From positions 156,366,001 to 156,430,000 of the forward strand of contig NC_086097.1 in the NCBI RefSeq assembly GCF_963921235.1: a stretch of DNA of 64,000 bases, read 5' to 3'. A program made the translations under genes and the position numbers. How positions within the stretch are numbered: the stretch's first letter is position 1; every line of letters begins with the position of its first letter. Positions 47,033 to 60,347 of this stretch are shown piece after piece. The notes under the pieces are model-generated. The model did no database searches, was not told the origin of the DNA, and saw only the letters and a list, made by a program, of their open reading frames with translations. The DNA comes from Mobula hypostoma (Eukaryota).

Positions 47033-50000
47033 AAGATGGCGCTGGTGAACCATGAGGACGTTCTGTAGACCACATACAATACTTCTAAATATACCTACGT
47101 TGAAATGCTCTCATTGCAATCTGCAGCATGTCATTTCTCTTAAAGAAGTATACTTTTAAATTGACTTAATGAACTGCAGATTTCAAGATCTTCTGAAGGA
47201 CTTGGCAGACTTAATTTTCAAGCAAGCAGGTAAAGCACCTTTAAACAGATGAAGGTGCATCACCATGTCTGGAAGCGAGGCAGGAGGGGGTTGGAGCCAT
47301 AAACCTAGCTGAAACGCAGATGAATACGACCCCTCTACTCAGCATCTAGTTAGCAAATGTGCAGTCACTGGACAGCAAAGTTGAGGACCTGAGTGCGGGA
47401 TCGATGTATTAAAGGGAAATGAGAAATTGTTGTGTTCTGTTTTCCCGAGACATGGCTAACTCCCAGACTGCCAGATACAGCGATCAGACCTGAAGGCATC
47501 TTGATACTCAGGACGGACTGAACTGCTGATTTGGAAAAGATAAAAACTAGAGTTTTTTTTTATAATAACCTCTCTGTGGTGCCCTGATATGGTAGTTTTG
47601 TTGAGCTCATGTTCCCCTGACTTCAAACACCTAATGGTCAAATGCTGTTCATTCTATTTACCTAGGGAGTTCTCATCCATGATCCTGACCGCCGTTTAGG
47701 CACCATCAACAGTTGACTATAATGAAGCACTTGACATACTGCATGATGGTATCACCAAATAAGAAATAGTCCACTCCAATGCATTTCAAATCATAGTCAG
47801 GGATTTCAGTCAGGCTTATTTGAAGAAATCCCCGCTCAATTACCATCAGCACATTAATGGTGGCACCAAGGTCTCAATACATTAGACTACTGCTGCACAA
47901 AGATCAAGAATCCCTTCAGTTCCATGCCCAGGCCACAATTCGGGAGATCTGATCACTTGGCTGTCTTTCTCCTACCTGCATACAAGCAGAAGCTGAAAAG
48001 CAAGGCTCCAGGGATTAAGACAACAAAAAGGTATTCACAGGAATCAGCGCCTTCAAGTTAGTGGACTGGACCCTGTTCAAGGACTCATCTGTGGATTTGA
48101 ATGAATGCACAGACTCCACAAAAACAGCTGTAGATAAGTGTGTCTCCAAAAAATCATTCAGAGTCTTCCCCAATCGGAAGCCCTTGATGAACAAAAAGAT
48201 TTGCAACCTGCTGAAGGCCAGACCAGAGGCATTCAAGTCTGGCAACCAAGCAAGCTATAAAAAACCCAAGTATCATCTTCAGAAAGTGATCTCACAGGCG
48301 AGGTGGTAATTCCAGACTAAACTTGAGTCAATGAAGGATGCTTGACAGTTGTGGCAGGGCTTGAATGCTATCACCTCATATAGAAGTGACATAGGAGACT
48401 ACAGGGCTTCACTTCCAGATGAGCTCAATGGCTCCAATGCTCATTTTGAACATTAAAACATGGATGAACCATCACCAACTCCCTCAGTCCCCAGTGATCA
48501 TATGATTTCAGTCTATGAGGCTGGTGTGCAAGCATCCTTCAAGTGGGAGATCCCAGAGAAATCATCCAGCCCATATGGGCTATCTGGTCAAGTACTAAAG
48601 ACCTGTGCTGATTAACTGGCTGTAATATTTACTGAGATTATTAACCTCTTGCTTAGGTAGCTTAAAGCAGACTTCAATTATACCAGTACCTAAGAAGAAC
48701 GTGGTAACCTGCCTTAGTGACTATCGTCCAGTAGCACTTACATGCATAGTGATGAATTGTTTTGAAGGTTTGTGCTGCAACATTTCAACTTCTGTCTGAG
48801 AAGCAACTTGGATCTGCTCCAATTTGCAGATAACAGGGATGCCATCTCATTAGCTCTTCACTCAACTCTGGAACATCTGGACAGCAAAGGTGCATACATC
48901 AGGATGCATTTAAACCACGTCCCCCCCACCAATAATTTTCTGGGCGGTTCTGGAAAACTGAGATGTTATCCCCTCACTAACAGCCACTGGATTCCGTAGC
49001 GATAAACCTACCTTTCTCCAGCTTCGTACATCCAGAGTGTATACAACTTTGGTCCCGCCAAATCCGTGAGGATGGGTTGCCTTGCCCCAGTTTGTGTGAG
49101 TGCTGTGTGATTTACTGCCTCTGGCAAGAAATAACAGATTGTACACTGCATACAATTAAAAAGAAGTATATTTAGGAATGTTAATTTAAGCAAACAGCTA
49201 TTAAATGAAAGAAGGGAAAAAAAAACAAAAATGGCCCATTTCTCTTAAACAGTTAAATATGCACTTAAGTTAGAGCTCATCTTGAACTTCTCTGTCACTC
49301 AGGCACTGGACCCTCAGTCTGCGTGAAAGCACTCACCATCTTCCGAATGTCGCTTGAAATCCATCTCGAACAAATCTTGTAGAATAGGGACAGCATTCTC
49401 AGCTGTCCTTTCCCCTGCCTTCTTCCATCTCCCACCAACAAAGAATCAAGGCCTAGGGATCTCCAGAACCATCTCCCAATTCCACTATCCCAACTGGCTG
49501 ACAGCACATTCCTTAGGGGCACACGCCTCTTATCTTAGCTCAAACCCAAACAAGCTGAAAGCAGAACTGTCTGCTCTTACAGAACTACTAAAATGAAATA
49601 TCTGCAGCACAGCAGTAAAAATCTTAACCAGGGCGTTACACATTTTATTGACTGCAGCTTGGCATTCAATACTATCATTCGCTCTAATCAATAAGGTTCA
49701 AGACCTTGGCCTCAATATCTCCTTGTGTAATTGGATTCTCAATTTCATCATTTGTAGATGACAGTCATTTCAGATTGACAATAACATCTCTTTCTCAATC
49801 TTCATCAGTGCAGATGCACCACAAGGCTTTGTGCTTAGCCCCCTGCTCTACTTGCTTTACCCTAATGACTATGTTGCTAAGCACAGCTCCAATGCCATTT
49901 TCAAGTTTGCTGATGACACCCCTATCATAAGCTGAATCAAATCTGGTGATGAATCAGCATATAAGAGGGAGACTGAAAATCTGGCTGAGTGGTGTCATAA

Positions 50001-50118
50001 CAACAACCTCTTACTCAATGTCAAGGAGACCAAGGAGCTGATTATTAACCTCAGGAGGAGGAGAAAGCCAGAGTTCCATGAGCCAGTCCTCATCAGGGGA
50101 TCAGAAGTAGAGAGGGTC
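47033..50118 (+). mobile_element. Near full-length degenerate Rex1/Babar-like LINE (endonuclease plus RT)
   Basis: 5' aagatggcgc start. Endonuclease remnants (LANVQSL, ETWL, gatcac/SDH) and RT remnants ([14 protein letters not shown] at ~49903, NVKETKELII). Many stops; split by an insert at 48912-49640. Confidence 0.85.
48912..49640. mobile_element. Solo LTR-like insertion (~730 bp) within the Rex1 RT
   Basis: Splits YIRMH|FIDCS coding sequence. Duplication cattt (48907-48911 and 49641-49645). Right end GGGCGTTACA; the left end lacks a clean TG. Confidence 0.65.
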
Positions 50119-50361
50119 TGTGAGGCCAGACTCTATAATGTACCTATCTAAACTGTTGTAGCTTCGTAACATAACACCTTAGATTGGTTTGCTGTCCTTT
50201 TCTGGGAATATTTTTCTTGAGAGTTATCCTTCAAATGGTCAATGGTCACACAAAAAACTAAATTCAAAGTAGAATTTAATGTAGAAATACTAGCAGGCTA
50301 CAAGTTGCAACCATTTTCAAAGGCACTCACCTGAGGCTTTGGAGTTGCAGCTGCAGTAACT

Positions 50362-51280
50362 TTCAAGTTCAAGTTCGAGTTTATTTGTCTCCTGACTGTA
50401 CATATATATAACCAAATGAAACACCATTTCTCTGGACATGGTGCACCCAAAATACATATTCCACACAAAGCACATACACCAAAATGTTGCCACAATTAAA
50501 TTAATAAAATGCAAATCAAAATGCGCAGGTTAACAATAAACAGTAAACAGGTCACATTCCTAGTGATGAGACATCGGTGGTGGCAGGGTTTTCATTAGCC
50601 TCACAGCCTGAGGAAAGAAGCTGTTACCCAGTCCGGCAGTCCTAGTCCTGATGCAGCTATGCTTTCTTCTTGATGGTAGTAGGTCTAGTCAAAGAGATTG
50701 TGGGATGGGTGGTAGGGATCCTCAACAATGCTTTAAGGCCTAAAGCATTATTGAGGATCCCTACTACCCATCCCACAGTCTCTTTCACCAGCTATCATCA
50801 GGAAGGAAGTACAGGTGCATCAGGACTGTACCACAGGCCCTTCGATTAATAGTAAGGGCCCATTGCATGATAAATGGTTTGGAACTCCTGCTTTAGGCCC
50901 TTTGCATATAACACTCCAGTAAATGTCACAGATTGGAGGGAGGGAGACCTTTGTGATCCTCTTGCCAGTTCCTACTATCCTCTGTATGGTCTTGCAGTCT
51001 GATGTCCTGCAGCTTCCATACAACACAATGATGCAGCCAGACAGGACACTCTCAATAGTCCTCCTGCCGAAAGTTGTTAAAATGGGGGTGGGGATCCTTG
51101 CAAGCCTCAATCTCCTCAAAAAGTGTTGATGCTACTGTGCCTTCTTGAGTAATGAGGTGGTGTCCTTTATGTGCATACCAAGGAAACGGTGCTCTTCACC
51201 CTCTCCACAGCAGAGCCATTGATATGCAACGGAGATTGATAGATCTACACCTTCCTGAAGTCCACCGTCATCTCTTTTCA
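50362..51280 (-). mobile_element. Rex1-like LINE 3' part with internal fold-back and MITE remnant
   Basis: RRLRLARIPTPILTTFGRRTIESVLSGCIIVLYGSC and an (aagttc)n tail. Confidence 0.8.
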
Positions 51281-52829
51281 TATGCCATTAGCTGACTTAC
51301 GTTGGGTGTGTAAGGGTAAGAAAACAAATAATAAAGGAATGTGCAGAGTCCACAATCCAAAAAGTTAAATGGCTTTACTCAACATGAGCTGCACAAGTCA
51401 AACAACTTTAATGGGAAAAATAATTGATTGCAAAGGAATCTTAAATAATGAATAAAAATCAATTCACACAGATAGCTCTACTTTGTTACCTGCCCTTTTA
51501 CTCTGATCCTATTGTTACAAGACTTCCTCTCTTCTTGTCCCTGAGATACAGATGTTCCCTCAGGATATCCATGATTAACTCATGCCCTTGAAAAGCCAGC
51601 GTCAAACTATGATGTACCAAGCGGTGTCCCTTCAGTTTGGGAAATTAACCTAGTTTTCAAAGGTTGGGTGGTACCTAGTGGCGGTAGGAGAGATCATAAT
51701 GTCCTGATCAAAGATAGGAGTCTCCAATCCTCCACTACCGTATGCATTCTCTTGGTACAAGGCAGCCTGCATAATTGTCATCATTCCCTTCAAAACCCTG
51801 CTAACAGACTGTAAATAATAATTTCTCCTTGACTGCATTACCAGCTTCCCACAGAGCAGGCAACTGCTGTCACTGGGGATCAGCCCGTTGCAGGTTCGGG
51901 CTTAGCCGAGCTCTGGTGGTCAGTTAACATGTGTCAATGGAGACAAACACCTGCTCCTTCAGCTGCCACGTTTCCCCAGCTTTCTCCTGGCCTGGCATAG
52001 CAGAGAGAATCACTGCCAGAAGAATGGTTCTGAACAGAAGTTGCTGAAAGAATAAGGACCAGGACTCTATGTTCAAATTCACCATATGGATGCAGCTTAC
52101 AAGGGCAGCTGGGGCTGATTGACTCTCTGCACTGAAATCATCAGGCTCAGTATCTCTCATTATCCTGTGTAAATGCAGCCCACTATTGTCTATTGTCCTT
52201 CCTTGTGAAATTAGCCTTCTTTAATTCGATCTCGTCTTTAGCAATGACATTTTCTGAATTGATGCCCTATAGGCTTAGCTGCATGAAAGCTGTGAGCATT
52301 TTTCATATGTAGCAGCTGGTCACGCCATCTCCTGCTGTGAAGGTGACACAGGATCTCCTCTGGAGAGGCAGGCTACCTTTCAGAGCCGAAGGGAAAAAGG
52401 AATACATGCTAGGTTCTCCTGCAGTAATATCTCATCACTAAACACTAAACTACAATGAGAACATTTGCAGTACATTGTATTTTCTGGCAAATATTGACTC
52501 CTATGTTTGAAACCACTTATTTAATGTATCAGAGTGATGGGTTCATACTGAAAGAATGGCTGGTACACTGGGACAATTTTGCAGGAGGTAAAGCATTTTA
52601 GTGAAGTCTCTAATACCTAGAACTATGCAAGATTATGAGTATGCACCTTATCACAAGCTTTGCCTACACACCTATGACGCTACCACAGTGGAGTTCACAC
52701 AGTGCATGAGCCTTATGGTGTCTCAGTTGGACATGGCACGTTTCAATAGCCTCTACTTCTTGCTTCAATTTGATACTTGTTTTGGATGGTACCTGAGTAT
52801 GTGTGCTTCTGTGTTGTCTACAACGCTAT

Positions 52830-53245
52830 AAATTCCGTCTGGTTTGCCTCCTGATGGCATAAACATCGCTTTCTCAAACTTCTGATAATCCCCCCCTTCA
52901 CCATTCCTCATCTTCTTTCCCCTCTCTCACCTTATCTCCTTGCCTGCCCATCACGTCCTTCTGATTCTCTTCCCGTATTTTCTTTCTTCCACGGCCTTCT
53001 GTCCCCTCCTATTAGGTTTCCTCTTCTCCAGCCCTGCATCTCTTTCCTCAATCCTTCCCAACTCTTTACTTCAACCCTCCTGGTTTAACCTATCATCTTG
53101 TGATTCTCCCTTCCTTCCCACCACCTTCTAATTCTGACCCCTCATCTTTTCTTCTCCAGTCCTGCTGAAGGGTCTCGGCCCAAAACATCGACTGTACTAT
53201 TTTCCATAGATGCTGCGTGGCCTGCTGAGTTTTGTGTGTGTTTCT
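52830..53245 (+). mobile_element. PLE 3' fragment with degenerate hammerhead
   Basis: Collinear with 44190-44640. cagtcCTGCTGAagggtctcggcccAAAAcatcgactg at 53157-53194. Confidence 0.85.
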
Positions 53246-53539
53246 GTTTACCTTCAATGGTATACATAAAAAGATAGGTATATAGAGAGATGCAGTATAT
53301 ATTGATGTAAGACTCAGAACTGTGGTGCCCTTGGGATGGTGCTGGGCCCTGACGTGTGAAATTGTTGGAGTGTATTAAAGTTGGTCTCTGCTTATCCAAA
53401 TGTACCTCAGTGATATTGCTACATCCAGCCATTGTTCGTTATTTGTAAGTGGCTGATGTACCAATTTTGTGTGGAAGTGATGTACGTAGACATTATGAAA
53501 TGGGAACGATTGGAAAATGAGCATGCTTAATTTTAGGTG

Positions 53540-53925
53540 TGGTTCAAAATCAAGTTTATTGTCATATGCCCAAGTACACATATGCCATGTGCCTGTGATC
53601 CTGCTGCAAGTAAGTTTCTCATTGAAAACCCCACTTGCAGCAGAATCACAGCATACAGCATCACATACATAAGCCTTAAAAGATAAAAACAACATAAATT
53701 AAATATAAATTATACACGAGTTTTACAAGAAAGACCACAAATAGAACAAAAAAAGTGCAAAGTGATTGAAGTGATCATACTGCTGCTGTACTGAGGTAGT
53801 GTTTAGGGTTATGCAAATTGGCTCAAGAACCAGAATGGTTGAATGGTAGTGTGGAACTTTAAGCTTCAGTACTTCCTGCCTGATCGTAGCTGTGAGAGAT
53901 GGCACGGCCCAGATTGTAGGGAATG
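53540..53925 (-). mobile_element. Rex1-like LINE 3' fragment
   Basis: ttcaaaatcaagtttattgtcat tail and TIRQEVLKL (PSGRxYRSL in another frame). Confidence 0.6.
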
Positions 53926-54295
53926 TTGATAACCAGAAATGCAACAATATCATACCTTACAGATCACAAACAAGCCCCACTTCCTTTTGGTCATTTGAAC
54001 CTATTTCCCTGCATCCATCAGGACCAGTATTCTGTCCTCCAAAGGAGGCAACCTGTTCCTCGTGATCTTTCGTACAACATACGGCAATTGCTAAATGTAG
54101 TCGTGGGTGCAACTTTGTTACCCCCATGAATGTTTTCATGGTTAGTGTAGCTAATAAGGAGGGGAAGAGAGAAGGATGAAGGAAAATAGATAAAAACAGA
54201 TAAGACAAGGCAAAGGCACAAACCAGGCAGTGCAGCAGGGAGATGGGGGAAAAAGAAAGTGATGGTGGTGAGGGGAAGGGAGGGTAGATGTGGAT

Positions 54296-54312
54296 AGAGA
54301 GAGAGAGAGAGA
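54296..54312. repeat. (GA)n microsatellite
   Basis: Direct reading. Confidence 0.85.
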
Positions 54313-55299
54313 ATTAAAGAGTAAGAATCACTGGTCCCTTTAAGAGTGAGCTGATGAGGTTATATCATTTGCGGCTTGAAACTCATCTAGAACATTTCGA
54401 TTTTTTTCTGAAGTAACATGGAACTCAACAATGATGCTATCAAATTTTGCAATCCTTATGGAGCTTTTTGAAACATCATTAGGGAGACAGATAGTGTCAG
54501 TCTAGCAATGAGAAAGTGGTGTTAAATATCTAGACTCTGCAAAAATCCTGCAAATAATTGCAGCTATTAAAATTACTGTCACTTAAAAAATAAATGTATT
54601 GCTGGTAGTCTAAAGGACTTCAGCAACAATCCAAATACCAAGCTCAAAATGCTACTAAGGTAGTTGAGGCATTTAAATGTAGTTAATAATTTGAATTTTA
54701 AAAAGGAAAAATTTACCTTAATAACTGTGTTTATAAAATTACTGAAATAACATTAAAAAGAATATTTGGTTTGATAGTGTCCTTCAGAAGAATAAGTCTA
54801 TCAATATTACCATGGAGGAATTGGTGGAAGTGATTCACATGTTCTGAGGTACAGTCACAGCTTATCTTGCACACTATTCTTACAGATTTATTATTACACC
54901 AGTGCATCGAGATAGAAAAAGGTAGAACTATAACAATGCTGATAAAAGTGTGACAGCTACAGAAAAAGTACAGTGCAGGTATACAATAAGGTGCCAATTT
55001 ACACATGACCGCATACCAACAATAAAGTAGCTTACTCTTAAATATCATCTAAAATCACTACGGGTGCCATATTGCTCAGGATAATTACAGACAGACAATA
55101 AATGCTGTCTTTACCAATGATGGCCTCAACTAAAATTAAATATTTTTAATCAATTCTCTTGTAATACAATTATGTAACATTTTTATCTCTCTCATGGCAT
55201 TCAATTCTGCTACCTTTACTTGCTACTTGAAAGCGGAATCAAGTTTCTATAGTAAATGAAATTCAGAGTTCGATGCTGGCAACAGATGTTTAAAACCTG

Positions 55300-55455
55300 A
55301 CTTAAAGCAGAAAATGCTGGGAATACTCAGCAGGTTAGGCAGCATCTGGCAAAGAGAACCAGTTATGGGATCTGATGAAAGATTTTGGATCTGCAACATC
55401 AACTGATATTTCTTTCCAGAACTGCTGCGTGAAATCAGCACTTTCTGTTTCTATG
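55300..55455. mobile_element. Older miniature inverted PLE-end element
   Basis: Antisense arm (cagaaaatgctgggaatactcagcagg...gcagcatctg), then CTGATGA at 55372-55378, then a sense arm ending cagcactttctgttt. Confidence 0.55.
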
Positions 55456-55619
55456 TCAATGTTCCAAGCTTCTATTCCCTTTCAGATTTCATGTTCATAA
55501 AACTTGCTCAGGAACTGTAGGCCAGTGAGTGGATAAATCAATAGTGGATAAATTGCTGGAGCAGATTCTGAGAGACAGATTCTACCAACATTTGGACATA
55601 CGGGGTCTCTCCGGGTTCA

Positions 55620-56408
55620 ATCAAAGGTGTATTTGTTCATCTTATATGACCTTTTTATGATCACAAGTCACTGCTGGATACTAAGAACATCAAGTACAGT
55701 AGGACTATCTCATCAGCAACTTGCTCAACAGCAATGGAGCTGGACTTATTGCGAACTATTGTTGGGTTGTCTCCTGTACTCCTTGCTAAACATTGCATTA
55801 AGACGGTGTGTGATCAAATAAGCAGAGCGAGTAATTACCTTGGATGTTTTTATTGTGATCTCAAGATCATTGGTGATGTAGAATAATTCAAGTCTGGTTC
55901 ACTGGTTCACTGGCGAGACCGAAAGCAGCAGAGCTGCGTTGCCTTGGCTGTAGTGAGGACTAGACCCAGACAGCAATGTCACCTGATGCAGCCACCAAGG
56001 GGAGGAGAGCCTCCTCTGGTAGTATGGCAGAGAGCAGGGGCCTCTGTTGAGTGCATTGGAATCCCTACTGGGTTGAGGGCTGGCCTTTCCTGTTGGTGCT
56101 TCTCTCCGATGTTCGCTCGATGCTGCCCTCCGGTGTTCACTCAGTGCTGCTCTCTAGTGTTCACTCGGTGGAAGCACAAGCTGGAGTGGACCAGGATAAC
56201 CTTCAGTCATGCCACTCAGTGACTTAGGCTATATTGTTTTTCTTTGTGATTTTATGTTTTTTTTTCTGAAATCATAACCATATTTGCTATTTATGCTGAG
56301 TTCTACGTGCTATTGGGAACCCGTTTTGCACCTTAACCCTAGAGAATGCCGCTTTGTTTGGCTATATTCTTGTATGGTTGAATGATAATTAAACTTGAAC
56401 TTGAACTT
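55620..56408 (+). mobile_element. Non-autonomous element with Rex1-like 3' tail
   Basis: 3' end gataattaaacttgaacttgaacttg is complementary to the tail at 50362-50440. The 5' boundary is uncertain. Confidence 0.5.
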
Positions 56409-56449
56409 GTCTGATTCAGGGCCGTCAGTGCAGTTTTGTATGTGAGGAG

Positions 56450-57810
56450 GTGTGTTTGATGAATTTCCTGGGATTTTTCAAAGAGGTAATCAAGAGGATG
56501 GATGAGTGTAAGACTGTTGATTTTGTCTATATGAACATTAGCGATATCTTTTACAGGATCCTTAAGAAAGGCTAGTCTGGAAAGTTAGACCGCATGGAGC
56601 CAGAGGGAGAGTGGATTGGGTTTACATTAGGCTCAGTGGCAGGAAGCAGAGAATGATCATTGAGGGTTGTTTCTCTGACTTGAGGCCTCAGGGTCTTAGT
56701 ATTGGGACTTCTGTTGTTTATAATTTATATAAATCATTTGGATGTGAATGTACAAAGTTCAAATTTCAAAGTAAAACTTATTATCAGAGTACATACATGT
56801 TACCAAATACAACCCTGAGGTTCTTTATCCTGTGGACATACTTAGCAAATCTTTAGAACAGTAATTGTAAACAGGATCAATGAACAACAAACAGTGCAAA
56901 TGCAAATATAAAAAAAAGCAATAAATAGCAAGAATATGAAATAACAGGATAAAGAGTCCTTAAAGTGAAACCATTGGTTGTGGGAATACGAGAAATAGAA
57001 TGGGTGTAGTTATCCCCTTTTGTTCAAGAGCCTGATGGTTTAGGGCTGGTGACTGTTCCTGAACCTGGTGGTGTGAGTCCTGAGGCACTTACACCTTCTA
57101 CCTGATGGTTGCAGTGAGAAAGGAGCATGGATTGGGTGGTGAGGGTTTTTGATGTTGGATGCTGCCTTTCTACAGCAACGTTTTATGTAGATGTACGTAA
57201 TGGTTGGGAGGGCTATACCATGATATACTGGGCTGAATCCACTTCCTATTGTAAAATTTTATGCACAAAGGCATTGGTTTTCCCATACCAGATCATAATG
57301 CATGATTAGTAAGTCTGTGGATGATTCTAAAATAGATGGTGCTGTAAATAGTGTAGAAAGTTATGAAAAATTACAGGGGAATCTTGCTCTGCTCGGTACG
57401 TAGGCTGAGGACTGACAAATAGCTTTCAGTAAACTAGAAGTTTATTCCCTGGAATGTAAGAGATTGTTAGGTAACCAAGATATAAGATCATAAGCGATAT
57501 AGACAGAATGAAAGCACATAGACTTTTTTTTCCCAGGAGAAAATAAAAGAGAGAATAGATTTAAGATCAGAGGTGAGAGATTTAAAAAGGACATCTTGGC
57601 AGATTTTACACGCAAAGGGTGTTATGTATTTGGAATAATTTGCTAGAAGTAGTGGTTGGGCCTGGCACACTAGCACTACCCAAAAGCCATCTGGATAACT
57701 ATATGGGTATATTTTAGAGGGTTGTAGGCAGATGAGACAAACTCCCTAAGCAAAACAGTCAACATGGTTGCTTTGGGCAGAAAGGCCTGCTACTGTGGTA
57801 CATGGCGCAA
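56450..57810 (+). mobile_element. Old CR1 RT and 3' fragments interrupted by a minus-strand Rex1 piece (56755-57300)
   Basis: LSGRKQRMIIEGCFSD, KSVDDSKIDG at ~57311, and an FTRKGVMYLE-like end. Confidence 0.7.
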
Positions 57811-58727
57811 AAACTTAACTCTCTACAGTCATATTGTTCGTAGTTTTTGCGGCTTCAACTCAATATGAATTCCAGGTCTGTACTTGGGTCCAAATGGACT
57901 TTTTTAAACCAGAGATACTGAGTAATATCCTCTCATCTGAAGCATCAGCTACACTACTTCAATTTTGAGTTTCTCAGCACAGACCATCCTTCATTGTTTC
58001 TACATCTCTGTGTCTAAAATTGATTGCTGAAATTAAACTAAAGTCTCATTCAAAAAATCTGTAAAATTTGACTTAATGCATATTCTATATTATGCTTTGA
58101 CATCTTAGTCAAGTACCTTCTACTCTTTAACACTGTTTCGCTTAGATTAGGTTTAAAGCATATAAATTGCTAGAGAAGACTGCTCAGTAATTTTAAAACA
58201 GATTAACATGGGTCTTTTGCTGAACTTCTTTTATGAAGTTTTTTTTCTCTCTGCATCTTGTACCTCTTGTATGTGATTTATCAACTTGTATTTTAAATCA
58301 CTAAGGGTGAAACTGCTTGAGTTATGAACTCCATCACTATTTCAATATTAGTCTGAAATTGGCAAGCATACTACCAGCTGGCATAACTGAAAGACTTTAA
58401 AGGCCTTACTTCTTGTCATCTCATCACAAGGTGAAGACTCAACCATGACCAATTATCTTTCTAACTGTAGATTTATCATGTAAGGAAAGGATAATAAAGC
58501 CTGCACAAGAAAGGTCAAAGCTCAAAGAAAATTTATCATCAATGTACATATACTGTATGCCACCATATTCTACTTTGAGATTCATTTTCTTGTGTGCATT
58601 CACAATACATACGTAGAAACACAAAAGAATCAATGATAAACTACATACAAAAAGATGGACAAATAACCAATATGCAAAGATAACTAAAGTTCAAAGTTTA
58701 AAGTAAATTTTACTATCAAATGACATA

Positions 58728-60347
58728 CAGTGGTATGCAAATGTTTGGGCACCCATGGTCAAGATTTCTGTTACTATGAATCATTATGTGAGTAGAAGAT
58801 GAACTGATCTCCAAAAGTCATAAAGTTAAAGATGAAACATTCTTTTCAACATTTTAAGCAAGATTAGTGTATTATTTTTGTTTTGTGCAATTTTAGAGTG
58901 AAAAAAAGGAAAGGAGCACCATGCAAAAATTTGGGCATGCCAAGAGATTTCAGCTCTCAGATAACTTTTACTAAGGTCTCAGACCTTAATTAGCTTGTTA
59001 GGGCTATGTCTTGCTCATAATCATTGTTAGGAAAGGCCAGGAGATGCAAATTTCAAAGCTTTATAAATACCCTGACTCCTCAAACTTTGTCCCTCAAACA
59101 ATCAGCAGCCATGGGCTCCTCTAAGCAGCTGCCTAGCACTCTGAAAATTAAAATAAATGATGCCCACAAAGCAGGAGAAGGCTATAAGAAGATAACAAAG
59201 TGTTTTCTGTTAGCCATTTCCTCAGTTCGTAATGTAATTAAGAAATGACAGTTAACAGGAACGGTGGAGGTCAAATTGAGATCTGGAAGACCAAGAAAAC
59301 TTTCCGAGAGAACTTCTCGTAGGATTGCTAGAAAGGCAAATCAAAACCCCCGTTTGACTGCAAAAGACCTTCAGGAAGCTTTAGCAGACTCTGAAGTGGT
59401 GGTGCACTGTTCAACTGTGCAGTGACACCTGCACAACTATGACCTTCATGGAAGAGTCATCAGAAGAAAACCTTTCCTGCATCCTCACCACAAAATTCAG
59501 CATCAGAAGTTTGCAAGGGAACATCTAAACAAGCCTGATGTATTTTGGAAACAAGTCCTGTGGACTGTTGAAATTAAAATAGAACTTCTTGGCCGCAATG
59601 AGCAAAGGTATGTTTGGAGAAGAAAGGGTGCAGAATTTCATGAAAAGAACCCCTCTCCAACTGTTAAGCACGGGGGTGGATCGATCATGCTTTGGGCTTG
59701 TGTAGCAGCCAGTGGCACGGGGAACATTTCACTGTTAGAGGGAAGAATGAATTCAATTAAATACCAGCAAATTCTGGAAGCAAACATCACACCGTCTGTA
59801 AAAAAGCTGAAGATGAAAAGAGGATGGCTTCTACAACAGGATAATGATCCTAAACAAACCTCAAAATCCACAATGGACTACCTCAAGAGACGCAAGCTGA
59901 CAGTTTTGCCATGGCCCTCACAGTCCCCCGACCTAAGCATCATCGAGAATCTGTGGATCGAACTCAAAAGAGCAGTACATCCAAGATGGCCCAAGAATCT
60001 CACAGAACTAGAAGCCATTTGCAAGGAAGAATGGGTGAAAATCCCCCAAACAAGAATTGAAAGACTCTTAGCTGGCTACAGAAAGTGTTTACACACTGTG
60101 ATACTTGTCAAAGGGTGCGTTACTAAATATTGACCATGCAGGGTGCCCAAACTTTTGCTTCGGGCCCTTTTCCTTTTTTTGTTATTTTGAAACTGTCAAA
60201 GATAGAAATAAAGAAGTAGTCTTGCTTAAAATATTAAAGAAACGTGTCATCTTTAACTTTATGCCTTTTGGAAATCAGGTCATCTTTTACTCACTTAGCT
60301 ATTCACGGTAACAGAAATTTTGACCGGGGTGCCCAAGCGTTTGCATG
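58728..60347 (+). mobile_element. Tc1 DNA transposon, IR/DR type, full span
   Basis: TA|CAGTGG left end. ~210-bp TIRs (58728-58942 and 60136-60347), each with two copies of a tgcaaa..tttgggca direct repeat. Central transposase. Confidence 0.95.
59111..60133 (+). pseudogene. Tc1 DD34E transposase pseudogene (340 codons, single frame)
   Basis: MGSSKQLP...SGRPRK...RRKP...LWTVE...KHGGGSIMLW...QQDNDPK...WPSQSPDLSIIENLW. TGA stops at 59246 and 59423. The first catalytic Asp reads Val. Confidence 0.93.
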
